Source: Escherichia phage vB_EcoM_G8
Length of the DNA stretch: 64,000 bases
Direction: 5' to 3' (one strand)
Sequence record: NC_054915.1
Below the pieces are notes generated by a model. That model saw nothing but the letters and a program-made list of their open reading frames with translations. It had not been told where the DNA came from and did no database searches. Both the position numbers and the translations under genes were made by a program. Positions 32,111-42,872 of the stretch are shown piece by piece (the first letter of the stretch is position 1; each line of letters begins with the position of its first letter).

Positions 32111-32355
32111 TATAAATTCTCTTTTAAATGAAAATGCAGGACTTATTGGCATTGCCTGCGCAAGCCCTCAAGGGGAACATAGGTTTTTGGATATTTAACG
32201 ACCAGGATAACCATAAACCCGTCATCATTCACATTCAAGAGGTACACCATAAAACTGCCGGGGTCTTAAAACTATAATGATTCGCAAATCATTAATCAGA
32301 CAGTTCGATGGCTCCTCGATTTTAGATCACACTAAGGCAGTGAATCTCCAATAAA

Positions 32356-32604
32356 TTACTTCAGTGTTACCACAAAGTGACGAACTGCTTTTCGTGCAGC
32401 AGAAGCCAGAGGCTTAGCATACTTAAGTTCATCTTTTTCCTGAAGCTCAGCAGCTAATGCAGTTTGAGCAGGATTTAGATGTTTGAAATAACGCAGGATT
32501 TCAAGAGCTTCGGCTTCAACATCAATAGATGCGCCATAGTTTTCGTGACCATTATTCCATGCGTTTCGTTGCAGTTCAAGAGCGTGTTGTAATTGTTTAA
32601 TCAT
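32356..32604 (-). CDS. rIII: lysis inhibition accessory protein RIII
   Basis: 82 aa ORF immediately downstream of gene 31 in transcription direction, T4 rIII length and position. Confidence 0.75.
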   Translation of the reverse strand: MIKQLQHALELQRNAWNNGHENYGASIDVEAEALEILRYFKHLNPAQTALAAELQEKDELKYAKPLASAARKAVRHFVVTLK

Positions 32605-32743
32605 TTAAAAATTCTCGTTAGAGATTAAAACTCGGTAGTCACGTTCTTCTGAATTTCATCTTCTTTCGACAGATCTCTCAGTTGTAGACTACCACATAGA
32701 ATTGTTCGGTTAACTTATTATTCCGACACCCAATTCATATTAT

Positions 32744-32751
32744 TATTTATA
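32744..32751 (-). promoter_or_regulatory. late promoter TATAAATA directly after gene 31 stop (rIII)
   Basis: Minus-strand TATAAATA. Confidence 0.55.
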
Positions 32752-33087
32752 TCACTTATAAAGACACGGAATAGCTTTATAGTGACAGGTAACAAATTTT
32801 TGTTTAATTTCTTTTGGCTGCTTAAGACCCAGAGCTACAAAAGGATGCGGAACGTTTCGAATTTGACCAACTGGAAGAGAAGTCAAATCACCAACTTCAC
32901 AAAAACCTTCAGGAACATCAGGACCGACAGAGTGAATTACACACAGTTCAGGAACTTCACCTTGAACACGTTTACCGATAATAAGTCCTGATTCTGTAAC
33001 TTCTTCATCACCGGCTTGTGCAGGTTCAGAAACTAAAATAACATATTCACCTACAGCACGAATTGGTAGCTGTTGTACTTCAGACAT
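32752..33087 (-). CDS. 31: co-chaperonin gp31 (GroES analogue)
   Basis: 111 aa [39 protein letters not shown]…. Confidence 0.9.
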   Translation of the reverse strand: MSEVQQLPIRAVGEYVILVSEPAQAGDEEVTESGLIIGKRVQGEVPELCVIHSVGPDVPEGFCEVGDLTSLPVGQIRNVPHPFVALGLKQPKEIKQKFVTCHYKAIPCLYK

Positions 33088-33143
33088 CGTTTTTCCTTTT
33101 TGTTAACAGATGAATTAATAATAACAAATAATTCTTAAAGCAT

Positions 33144-33452
33144 TTATTTACCAATAAATTGAAGCAAATGCTCAACTTTCATACCATTAACGGAAATCAA
33201 TTTGTCAATAGAAAAACCTCGCCATGCACCAAGCTCAACATCAAATACCGGAATCATGTCAGTAGATTCTTTCCGAGTAGATTCAGTCAATTTACCAGTT
33301 TGCATGGTTGGCATAAAGTCTGCATCACGAGTACCTTTCATAGTACGAATAGTACCATCAGACTTTTCAAAAACTACGTTTGAAATACCCATGGACAATT
33401 TAGTTTTTAAAATTTCGCGAATTGCTACTTTCTGCTCAGTTGTTAGTTTCAT
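33144..33452 (-). CDS. 31.1: hypothetical protein (31.1 position)
   Basis: 102 aa. Confidence 0.65.
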   Translation of the reverse strand: MKLTTEQKVAIREILKTKLSMGISNVVFEKSDGTIRTMKGTRDADFMPTMQTGKLTESTRKESTDMIPVFDVELGAWRGFSIDKLISVNGMKVEHLLQFIGK

Positions 33453-33689
33453 TTATTTACCTATCACAGTTTTAATATGAGTTGTTCCACGTTCTTTAAG
33501 GGTGGAAAGTAATTTTTGGCATTTTTCTAAATCAGATTTCCAACTATATGGTTTATCAATACAAACCCAATTTGTCTTATAATACTGTTTCCATTTAGAG
33601 AAAAAATATTTCTTATACTCTACAGCAAACGAGATGTTCTCATTAGAATAAGAACTAATTGCTGTGAGCTTTACCAAACGAAATTTCAT
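33453..33689 (-). CDS. 31.2: hypothetical protein (31.2 position)
   Basis: 78 aa. Confidence 0.6.
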   Translation of the reverse strand: MKFRLVKLTAISSYSNENISFAVEYKKYFFSKWKQYYKTNWVCIDKPYSWKSDLEKCQKLLSTLKERGTTHIKTVIGK

Positions 33690-34270
33690 TATTCACCGCA
33701 GAATTCGTTGATATTTTCCCAGTTTAACTTATTCAAGTTTTTCTTAGGAACATTAAACACTTCAATACCTGCATTTCGCAGAATATCATCCCAGCCAGGT
33801 TTATTTTTATCATATGTTTCGCAATAAACCAGCTTTTTAATACCAGATTGAGCTATCGCTTTTGCGCAATCTGGACAAGGAGAAAGTGTTACATACATAG
33901 TAGCACCTTCAATAGAAGAACCATTTCGTGCAGCAAACAAAATTGCATTTAGTTCAGCATGAATTTCATTTTTAGATGACCATTCCGAGTGAGCACTACG
34001 ATATTCTTTCGCCAAGACAAAACGATCAGTTGAACCAAATGATACGCATTCAGGCTTATGACCTTGAATGATAGTATGTTTAGGCTTATTCAACAACCAA
34101 CCTTGCTCAGCAGCATAATCACAACAGTTCACACCCCCTGCGGGTGAACCATTATACCCAGTAGAAATAATACGTCCATTCTTTTCAATTACTGCTCCTA
34201 CCTTCCAGGAGCAACATTTTGATTCCTGCGATACTAAATATGCAATTTGAAGTACTGTACTCGCTTTCAT
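33689..34270 (-). CDS. cd: dCMP deaminase
   Basis: 193 aa; deaminase zinc motifs HAELNAILFAA and SPCPDCAKAI. Confidence 0.92.
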   Translation of the reverse strand: MKASTVLQIAYLVSQESKCCSWKVGAVIEKNGRIISTGYNGSPAGGVNCCDYAAEQGWLLNKPKHTIIQGHKPECVSFGSTDRFVLAKEYRSAHSEWSSKNEIHAELNAILFAARNGSSIEGATMYVTLSPCPDCAKAIAQSGIKKLVYCETYDKNKPGWDDILRNAGIEVFNVPKKNLNKLNWENINEFCGE

Positions 34271-34605
34271 TTCATAATCACCAGATAAGCAGATTTAGCA
34301 GTTTCAACCCGATAAATTTCGTGACGAAGTTTAGTTATACTTTTAATAACAGAACTAATTATATTCTGCCCATCTTTAAAGCGGTTTTTCTTATCAATAA
34401 AAACTGCGCCAGTCATCTTTTTGTGAAGCTCAACCGGATACTTCGTCACAATAATAGCATCATACACAGAAGGATGAATACTATTCACTAGAGTGTCATT
34501 CATTAAAGTTATTCTAATGAACTGTGCTGTTTCAGAATCAAGCGCTCTATGATCACCAGTATCGTTTTCAAGACAATTATCAATTATATCAGTTAAATTC
34601 ATCAT
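34267..34605 (-). CDS. cd.1: hypothetical protein (cd.1 position)
   Basis: 112 aa. Confidence 0.6.
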   Translation of the reverse strand: MMNLTDIIDNCLENDTGDHRALDSETAQFIRITLMNDTLVNSIHPSVYDAIIVTKYPVELHKKMTGAVFIDKKNRFKDGQNIISSVIKSITKLRHEIYRVETAKSAYLVIMK

Positions 34606-34841
34606 AGTACGCCATACACCCTTTGTGCTTCAACTAATCCATCAAAATCCAGTTTAAGATGCGATATTTGATCGCCATCACCTGGATTCACAATTACTAA
34701 TACTGAACGAGGAGTTTCGGTAATAACACGAACCGATGTTTCAGGAAATCGTTCAGAAACCTTATTTACTAATTCCTGTGCAAATAGTTTAACTTTTTCT
34801 TGGAATTCTTTAACAGTAATCGGTTTTTCACTTAGCAGCAT
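34602..34841 (-). CDS. cd.2: hypothetical protein (cd.2 position)
   Basis: 79 aa. Confidence 0.6.
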   Translation of the reverse strand: MLLSEKPITVKEFQEKVKLFAQELVNKVSERFPETSVRVITETPRSVLVIVNPGDGDQISHLKLDFDGLVEAQRVYGVL

Positions 34842-34902
34842 TTTGTTTTCCTCATTTGTTTGGTAGAGCTATAATATCACAACTCTACCGTAAAGTAAAC
34901 TA

Positions 34903-35208
34903 TTAAATTGCTTTGAATTCCGCAGTTTGAGATTCAAAGCGAATGTCGCCTTGAATAACTAGTTCAGCATCAAGACCAAATACGACAATGATATGCGCTG
35001 ACCCAGGATACAGTTGAATAACAACAGAATCTACTTGACCAGGAAGCAAAGTATTCAAAACATGAGTCACTTGAGCATGGATTCGAAGCTCAGCTGCGTT
35101 ATCAAGTTTTTCAAACATATTATTAGCGATAATTTGGCTAAACACTACTTCTACGATTTTAGAGTAAGTCGGAAATATATTTACCTCACATAATTTTCTT
35201 CGAGCCAA
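34903..35208 (-). CDS. hypothetical protein
   Basis: 101 aa ORF between cd.2 and pseT. Confidence 0.55.
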   Translation of the reverse strand: MARRKLCEVNIFPTYSKIVEVVFSQIIANNMFEKLDNAAELRIHAQVTHVLNTLLPGQVDSVVIQLYPGSAHIIVVFGLDAELVIQGDIRFESQTAEFKAI

Positions 35209-35242
35209 TTAATAATAGTCCAAGTTTCATGGTGCCAAGCCA

Positions 35243-36443
<1,201 letters not shown>

Positions 36444-36447
<4 letters not shown>

Positions 36448-36674
36448 TTATTTTTCTCAACCAATGATTGAATATAATCATGCAGGTCTTTAGATGCTTT
36501 ACCCCATTTATTTTGATATTCATTTTTGAGATTAGCACGTGATTGAGCTAATAAAACATCATTAGTTGGAGGTAAAGATTCTAACCGCTGAATCTGGCGT
36601 CCATAAATCATTGCAGCCATCTCGGATTCATAAATCAATCCTTTGAGATGTTCAAATTGATGCCATGAAATCAT
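36444..36674 (-). CDS. pseT.2: hypothetical protein (pseT.2 position)
   Basis: 76 aa. Confidence 0.6.
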
Positions 36675-36970
36675 TTACATTTATCCTCTTTTAACTCTTG
36701 ACGATAATAACATATCATAGTTTTCTGGTCATGTACATATCGTTTTACATCATTAAGCCAAATACGAAATTCCTGGGAATCTTCAAATGGCATACCGACC
36801 CAAGCTTTACCATCGATAACTTTAACTTGCCAAGATAGTTTAGCTTCATCATATGACTTTATTTGTACAGGCCAATTAGGATGAACTGTTTCTTTCTTTA
36901 CTTCTAGAGGCTTTGTAGAACAACCAACTAGAAGACCAATAGATAATATTACTGCTGATAGTTTAATCAT
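36671..36970 (-). CDS. predicted small lipoprotein
   Basis: 99 aa; N-terminus MIKLSAVILSIGLLVGCSTK has signal peptide with lipobox LVGC. Confidence 0.65.
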   Translation of the reverse strand: MIKLSAVILSIGLLVGCSTKPLEVKKETVHPNWPVQIKSYDEAKLSWQVKVIDGKAWVGMPFEDSQEFRIWLNDVKRYVHDQKTMICYYRQELKEDKCK

Positions 36971-37320
36971 TTAGAAAGGTCCTGGATGTCTTCTGCGAAC
37001 TTGTTGAAGGAGTTGTTGATTTGTTTTTCAACCAATCCTGGCTTATGAGCCACCACATCCGCCTTCTTTGCGTCTTTGCGCAGTTTTTCATTTTCACGCT
37101 CAATAGCAGCAATTGCCTCACGATTTTTATTATTCATCGCATCAATATAATTATACTGAATTCGCAAATTATTTAATGCTAAGGCGTTTTCATTGGCCGT
37201 TTTTGTAATTTCTACAACAGACGTTTCTAATCTTTCAATTTTATTTTTTAAAATTAAAGAAGTTCCGCCTAATGCAATTACAATTAATAGCAAACCTGTT
37301 GTCGTATTACTTAATTGCAT
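36967..37320 (-). CDS. predicted single-pass membrane coiled-coil protein
   Basis: 117 aa; hydrophobic segment GLLLIVIALGGTSLIL then heptad-rich region; overlaps alc stop. Confidence 0.6.
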   Translation of the reverse strand: MQLSNTTTGLLLIVIALGGTSLILKNKIERLETSVVEITKTANENALALNNLRIQYNYIDAMNNKNREAIAAIERENEKLRKDAKKADVVAHKPGLVEKQINNSFNKFAEDIQDLSK

Positions 37321-37814
37321 AAAGTTTTAATAACCTCTATAATATCGTCTTGAGAAAGACCGTTAATTAAAATATGATGTTCAGCCGGAGATTTAGAAAT
37401 TTTAAAGCATGCCTCAACATCTTCTGCCATATCCGATGCACTACGATTTGGATTACTAATTCCAAGGCGGTGTTTTCCCGTTAAAGGATTAACGATAATA
37501 TAGCATTTACAGCTATTGATATGAACATTAGGTTGAGTCTGATTAATGAACACTTCACAATCATACTTAGCGAGTTGATTTTCTAAAAAGACTTTCATCT
37601 CCTCAACCGCATCAGGAAGCATATCACGGGCTTTCTCAAGACGACGATTTCGATATTCTTTAACGGTCGTTTTCCGCTTAACTTGCTTAGCTAAATCTTT
37701 CTTAAGATCAGTGATATATCCAACTCGACGATTTCCTTTGAATACAGAAATCCCATCTGTAGTATCACCGTATGCTTCAACGACCATTTCAGTAGTAATA
37801 AGCTGCAAATCCAT
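37311..37814 (-). CDS. alc: Alc transcription termination factor
   Basis: Second Met gives 167 aa (MDLQLITTEMV…); preceded by SD GAGGA. Confidence 0.85.
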   Translation of the reverse strand: MDLQLITTEMVVEAYGDTTDGISVFKGNRRVGYITDLKKDLAKQVKRKTTVKEYRNRRLEKARDMLPDAVEEMKVFLENQLAKYDCEVFINQTQPNVHINSCKCYIIVNPLTGKHRLGISNPNRSASDMAEDVEACFKISKSPAEHHILINGLSQDDIIEVIKTLCN

Positions 37815-37821
37815 CATAAAG

Positions 37822-37875
37822 TCCTCATGTTATGTCAGTAAGACTACTGTAACACAACACGAGGGACTTGTAAAC
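37822..37875 (-). repeat. 54-bp promoter/stem-loop cassette, copy 2 (upstream of alc)
   Basis: 53/54 identical to 25382..25435; single A/G difference at 37849. Confidence 0.9.
37846..37875 (-). promoter_or_regulatory. sigma70-type early promoter (GTTTAC -35, 18-nt spacer, TACAGT -10)
   Basis: Same cassette as 25406..25435 with weaker -10. Confidence 0.5.
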
Positions 37876-37878
37876 AGC

Positions 37879-39466
<1,588 letters not shown>

Positions 39467-39474
39467 AATAAAAT

Positions 39475-39488
39475 GGGCCTTGCGGCCC
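39475..39488 (-). terminator. hairpin between nrdB and denA
   Basis: Minus strand GGGCC-GCAA-GGCCC then ATTTTATT. Confidence 0.45.
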
Positions 39489-39493
39489 ACTCC

Positions 39494-39997
39494 TTAAAAG
39501 TATTTTTTAAAACTCATCATAACTTTATCATCAACATCATTATCAATCTGTGCAACAAGATAGGATGACAGTTCTACTTCTTGTGGCGCGGATTGAACAT
39601 TATCAGAATTAAGATATTCACGAATCCAAGGATATGGATGTTTAACCGGAGCATCGGTAATTGGGCATGGAAGACCACACTGTTTCATACGAGATACAGT
39701 TAAGTAATCAATAAAGCTCCACATGCTATTTGTATTTAATCCAGGAACATCGCCATCTTTAAATAAATGAACTGCCCAATCTTTTTCTTGGCGGTTAACT
39801 TCCATGAAAATATCAACTGCTTCTTGTTCACACTCTTGAGCAATTTTAACCCATTCATCACCATCAGTACCGGATTGAAGTTGACGAATAATATATTGAG
39901 TGCCTTTAAGGTGAAGCTGCTCATCACGTGCAATGAACTTCATAATCTTGGCATTACCTTCCATAATTTCCATGTTCTTATGGAAGTTAAAGGTACC
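39494..39997 (-). CDS. nrdB: ribonucleotide reductase small subunit NrdB, exon 2 (5' boundary approximate)
   Basis: Translation …NMEIMEGNAKIMKFIARDEQLHL… matches NrdB C-terminal half; boundary by alignment to E. coli NrdB spacing, +/- few nt. Confidence 0.8.
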   Translation of the reverse strand, partial: GTFNFHKNMEIMEGNAKIMKFIARDEQLHLKGTQYIIRQLQSGTDGDEWVKIAQECEQEAVDIFMEVNRQEKDWAVHLFKDGDVPGLNTNSMWSFIDYLTVSRMKQCGLPCPITDAPVKHPYPWIREYLNSDNVQSAPQEVELSSYLVAQIDNDVDDKVMMSFKKYF

Positions 39998-40592
39998 GTT
40001 ATGTTCGATTGAGCTCGCTAATTCTCAACCCGTTCTCTTATGAACTGCTACATATTACTATGCAGACCAGACTATATCACAATCCCAGAGGGATTCTCCC
40101 CATTTCGAGTCGCTTGACTCTACGTCCGAAGACTAGTCGTTGAACCTTGCTTTGCAATTGTCGCCGTGCCATCGTTTATATGTTGATGGTGATAAATCTT
40201 TCTTATCACAATATGGACAATTCAATTGAATTCTATTTGGATTTAATTTACATCTGTCATTATGTTTTAGATAAAATCCAGGACCTTTACCAATGTGACC
40301 ACAGAAATCACATGTGATTTCTTTTTGTGCAGGATGGGTCCCGTTCTTAACCATTTCTAATGTTTTTGCTGATGTTCTTTTCTTATGGTCTTCCATCAGA
40401 ATCTTTAGGTAGGTCCGTCAGCATCTATCCAAATTTTTCTATAGTTCAATTGTGCATCCTCTTAAAAGTATAATCATATTATACCAATTAAAGGTGCAAG
40501 CAAAACCTTGGCTGCTAGTTTTCCTATAAAGGACTTTCCAGCAATTAAAGGAGTTTTCGATAAACGTTACCGTTTAAAGGCGCATTTTACGC
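39998..40592 (-). mobile_element. group I intron in nrdB with truncated endonuclease ORF (boundaries approximate)
   Basis: nrdB frame interrupted after RFYVSF and resumes ~595 nt downstream; contains 87-aa Cys-rich ORF. Confidence 0.75.
40133..40396 (-). CDS. truncated intron-encoded endonuclease remnant (I-TevIII-like)
   Basis: 87 aa ORF inside nrdB intron; Cys-rich ITCDFCGHIGKG…NCPYCDKK, no complete catalytic domain. Confidence 0.6.
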   Translation of the reverse strand: MEDHKKRTSAKTLEMVKNGTHPAQKEITCDFCGHIGKGPGFYLKHNDRCKLNPNRIQLNCPYCDKKDLSPSTYKRWHGDNCKARFND

Positions 40593-41264
40593 AAAAGATA
40601 CATAAAAACGAATAGCTTCTAAGGCATTAATAACGTGCAAACAGAGGTAAAGAGATTTCATTAAAGCACGTTTAGCTTCGGCTTCTTGCTTAATAGCCCG
40701 GTTTAAACGAAAGTCGGCATCAGGAGATTCTTTAGCTAGTTCTACAAATTCTTTAGCATTTTCCCATTCACGGGTTTTAGTTAAAACATCATCATAATAG
40801 CGACCGATAGATTCAGCACGTTTCATAATAGCTTCATCTAATACAATCTCATCAAATACCTTTGACGGATCAGTATAAAGATTTCGCATGATATGAGTAT
40901 ATGAACGACTGTGAATAGTTTCACTAAAAGTCCATGTAGCAACCCATGTATCAAGGCTTGGGTCTGAAAGCAATGGCATAAGTACAGCAGACGGCGCACG
41001 ACCTTGAATACTATCAAGTAATGATTGATACTTCAGATTATTAGTAAAAATATTTTGTTGATACTGAGGAAGCTTATTAAACTGTGCAGCATCCATCATC
41101 AAGTTTACTTCTTCCGGACGCCAGAAAAACGAGAGCGAACGTTCAATAAGTTCTTCAAATACTCGATGCCGTTGAATATCATAACGCGCAATACCAAGAC
41201 CTGAACCAAAAAACATAGGTTCTTTTAAAACATCGACCTGTTTAGTATTAAAAACTGTACTCAT
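40593..41264 (-). CDS. nrdB: ribonucleotide reductase small subunit NrdB, exon 1 (3' boundary approximate)
   Basis: MSTVFNTKQVDVLKEPMFFGS…EAIRFYVSF then in-frame stop inside intron. Confidence 0.8.
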
Positions 41265-42856
41265 TATTTTGTCCTGTAAACTAAATTTCCACAGTCCCAG
41301 ATTCTTCTAAGACCATTTGCATAACAATTTTCTACTTCAGTTATTGTATCATCATAATTTTTAAGCTTGTTTTTAAGCTTATGTTTCATATAGCTTGAGC
41401 GGTGAAATACCTCTCCTTTATCGACGTACCAATAACATGGCTCAGAGATATGACTAAATTCCATGACAGAGTCATAAACATTTGATAATGTACTGCACCA
41501 TCTTCGATTGCCATAAGATAGACAATTAATTCCTTTTAATAATTTTGAGGCTCCTCCTACAACGCAAACCCCTAATTTTGAACACATCCTTAAAAGTTCA
41601 TCACCCGAGCTATATCTAGATTTACCGATAGAAATAATTTGAACTAACTCATTATTGTAATAAAGTCCTTTATACGTATGAGCTCCTGAGCAAAATCCTT
41701 GAAGATGATTCTTATTAATAAATTCTTTTGCCTCATCCTTATTAACAAAACGCGCTTTGCATTTTCGGGCTGGTATTCTTTCTGATAATCCTAATTTATG
41801 CTTTATAATGGATTTCCAGATCTCTCTTTTTGTATCATCAATCCATTCATTTTCGAAGATGTGAAGTAATTGAATTCCTTGTGCTTCACACATCTCTGTC
41901 TTCATCAAATGATAAGTTTCTTTAATTTTATCTGTTTCCTTTGACCCGCTAGAATGCCAATAAATTCCATCGTATTCTATAGCCAATTTTTTCTCAGGAA
42001 TGTAAATATCTAATTCATACGGAGGAATAATTTTTCTAGTTTCTACGCAATCAAATCCTAGATCTAAAATGAATTGCTCTATAGAACTTTGAGTATAATG
42101 AACGTCAATTAGTCCTTTGGATGAAAGAGCTCTATAAGCCGTCATCCGAGAACAATTTGCTAATTGTTGTAGTTCTTCTATAGAAATTTTGTAATTGATT
42201 TTATCTAGTATATCATGATTAATATGACCGTTATTTTTAATAGATTTTCCTATAGATGAATATAACGATGCCTTATATTCTTCAGTCCAATTTAATTTAG
42301 TCTTCTTAGATTTTTCGCGAGATTTTCTAGAATTCAGAATATCAACTGATTTACCGTTTTCTATAACTTTTCTCGCTTCTTTCACGCTTTCTAATTGTGA
42401 ATTATGCGTTACCCCATATCGTTCAATTAAAGTTTTTCTATTTTTATTTCTTGAAATTTTTTGATGAGTTGTTCCATATTTTTCTAAATAATTTTTGCGT
42501 TGAAGTTCAGACAAATATTTTTTATATTTTTCTTTTCCGCCAAAATTTGTATCACGGCTTTGAATTCTCTTATCCGCGAAAAATATCCCTGCGCAGGATT
42601 TACTACATGTTGCTGGAAATACACGTTTCTTTGCTGTTTTCAGAGAAATGAAATTTCCACAAACTGCACATTTTAGATCGTTAATGTCAATGCCTTCCAT
42701 AATTTGGAACACATTGAGCTTAAAATCTATTCCATCAGTTAGAAGAGCTTTATCTTCTTCTGTTAGTCTAGATTTAAGTTTTTCTTCTCCAAATGGAAGA
42801 AACTTTCCGTTTTTGTATATATTATCAAACATAGCGTTATTCTTAGTTAACCACAT
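41264..42856 (-). CDS. large multidomain nuclease-like protein (Cys cluster, NUMOD3-like repeats, HTH, Vsr/DUF559-like core, unknown C-terminal domain)
   Basis: 530 aa uninterrupted ORF, ATG 42856; stop overlaps nrdB ATG (TAATG); motifs CAVCG…CSKSC, KYGTTHQKIS / ERYGVTHNSQ, YELDIYIPEKKLAIEYDGIYWH. Confidence 0.8.
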   Translation of the reverse strand: MWLTKNNAMFDNIYKNGKFLPFGEEKLKSRLTEEDKALLTDGIDFKLNVFQIMEGIDINDLKCAVCGNFISLKTAKKRVFPATCSKSCAGIFFADKRIQSRDTNFGGKEKYKKYLSELQRKNYLEKYGTTHQKISRNKNRKTLIERYGVTHNSQLESVKEARKVIENGKSVDILNSRKSREKSKKTKLNWTEEYKASLYSSIGKSIKNNGHINHDILDKINYKISIEELQQLANCSRMTAYRALSSKGLIDVHYTQSSIEQFILDLGFDCVETRKIIPPYELDIYIPEKKLAIEYDGIYWHSSGSKETDKIKETYHLMKTEMCEAQGIQLLHIFENEWIDDTKREIWKSIIKHKLGLSERIPARKCKARFVNKDEAKEFINKNHLQGFCSGAHTYKGLYYNNELVQIISIGKSRYSSGDELLRMCSKLGVCVVGGASKLLKGINCLSYGNRRWCSTLSNVYDSVMEFSHISEPCYWYVDKGEVFHRSSYMKHKLKNKLKNYDDTITEVENCYANGLRRIWDCGNLVYRTK

Positions 42857-42872
42857 CCTTGTGGTAATTATA

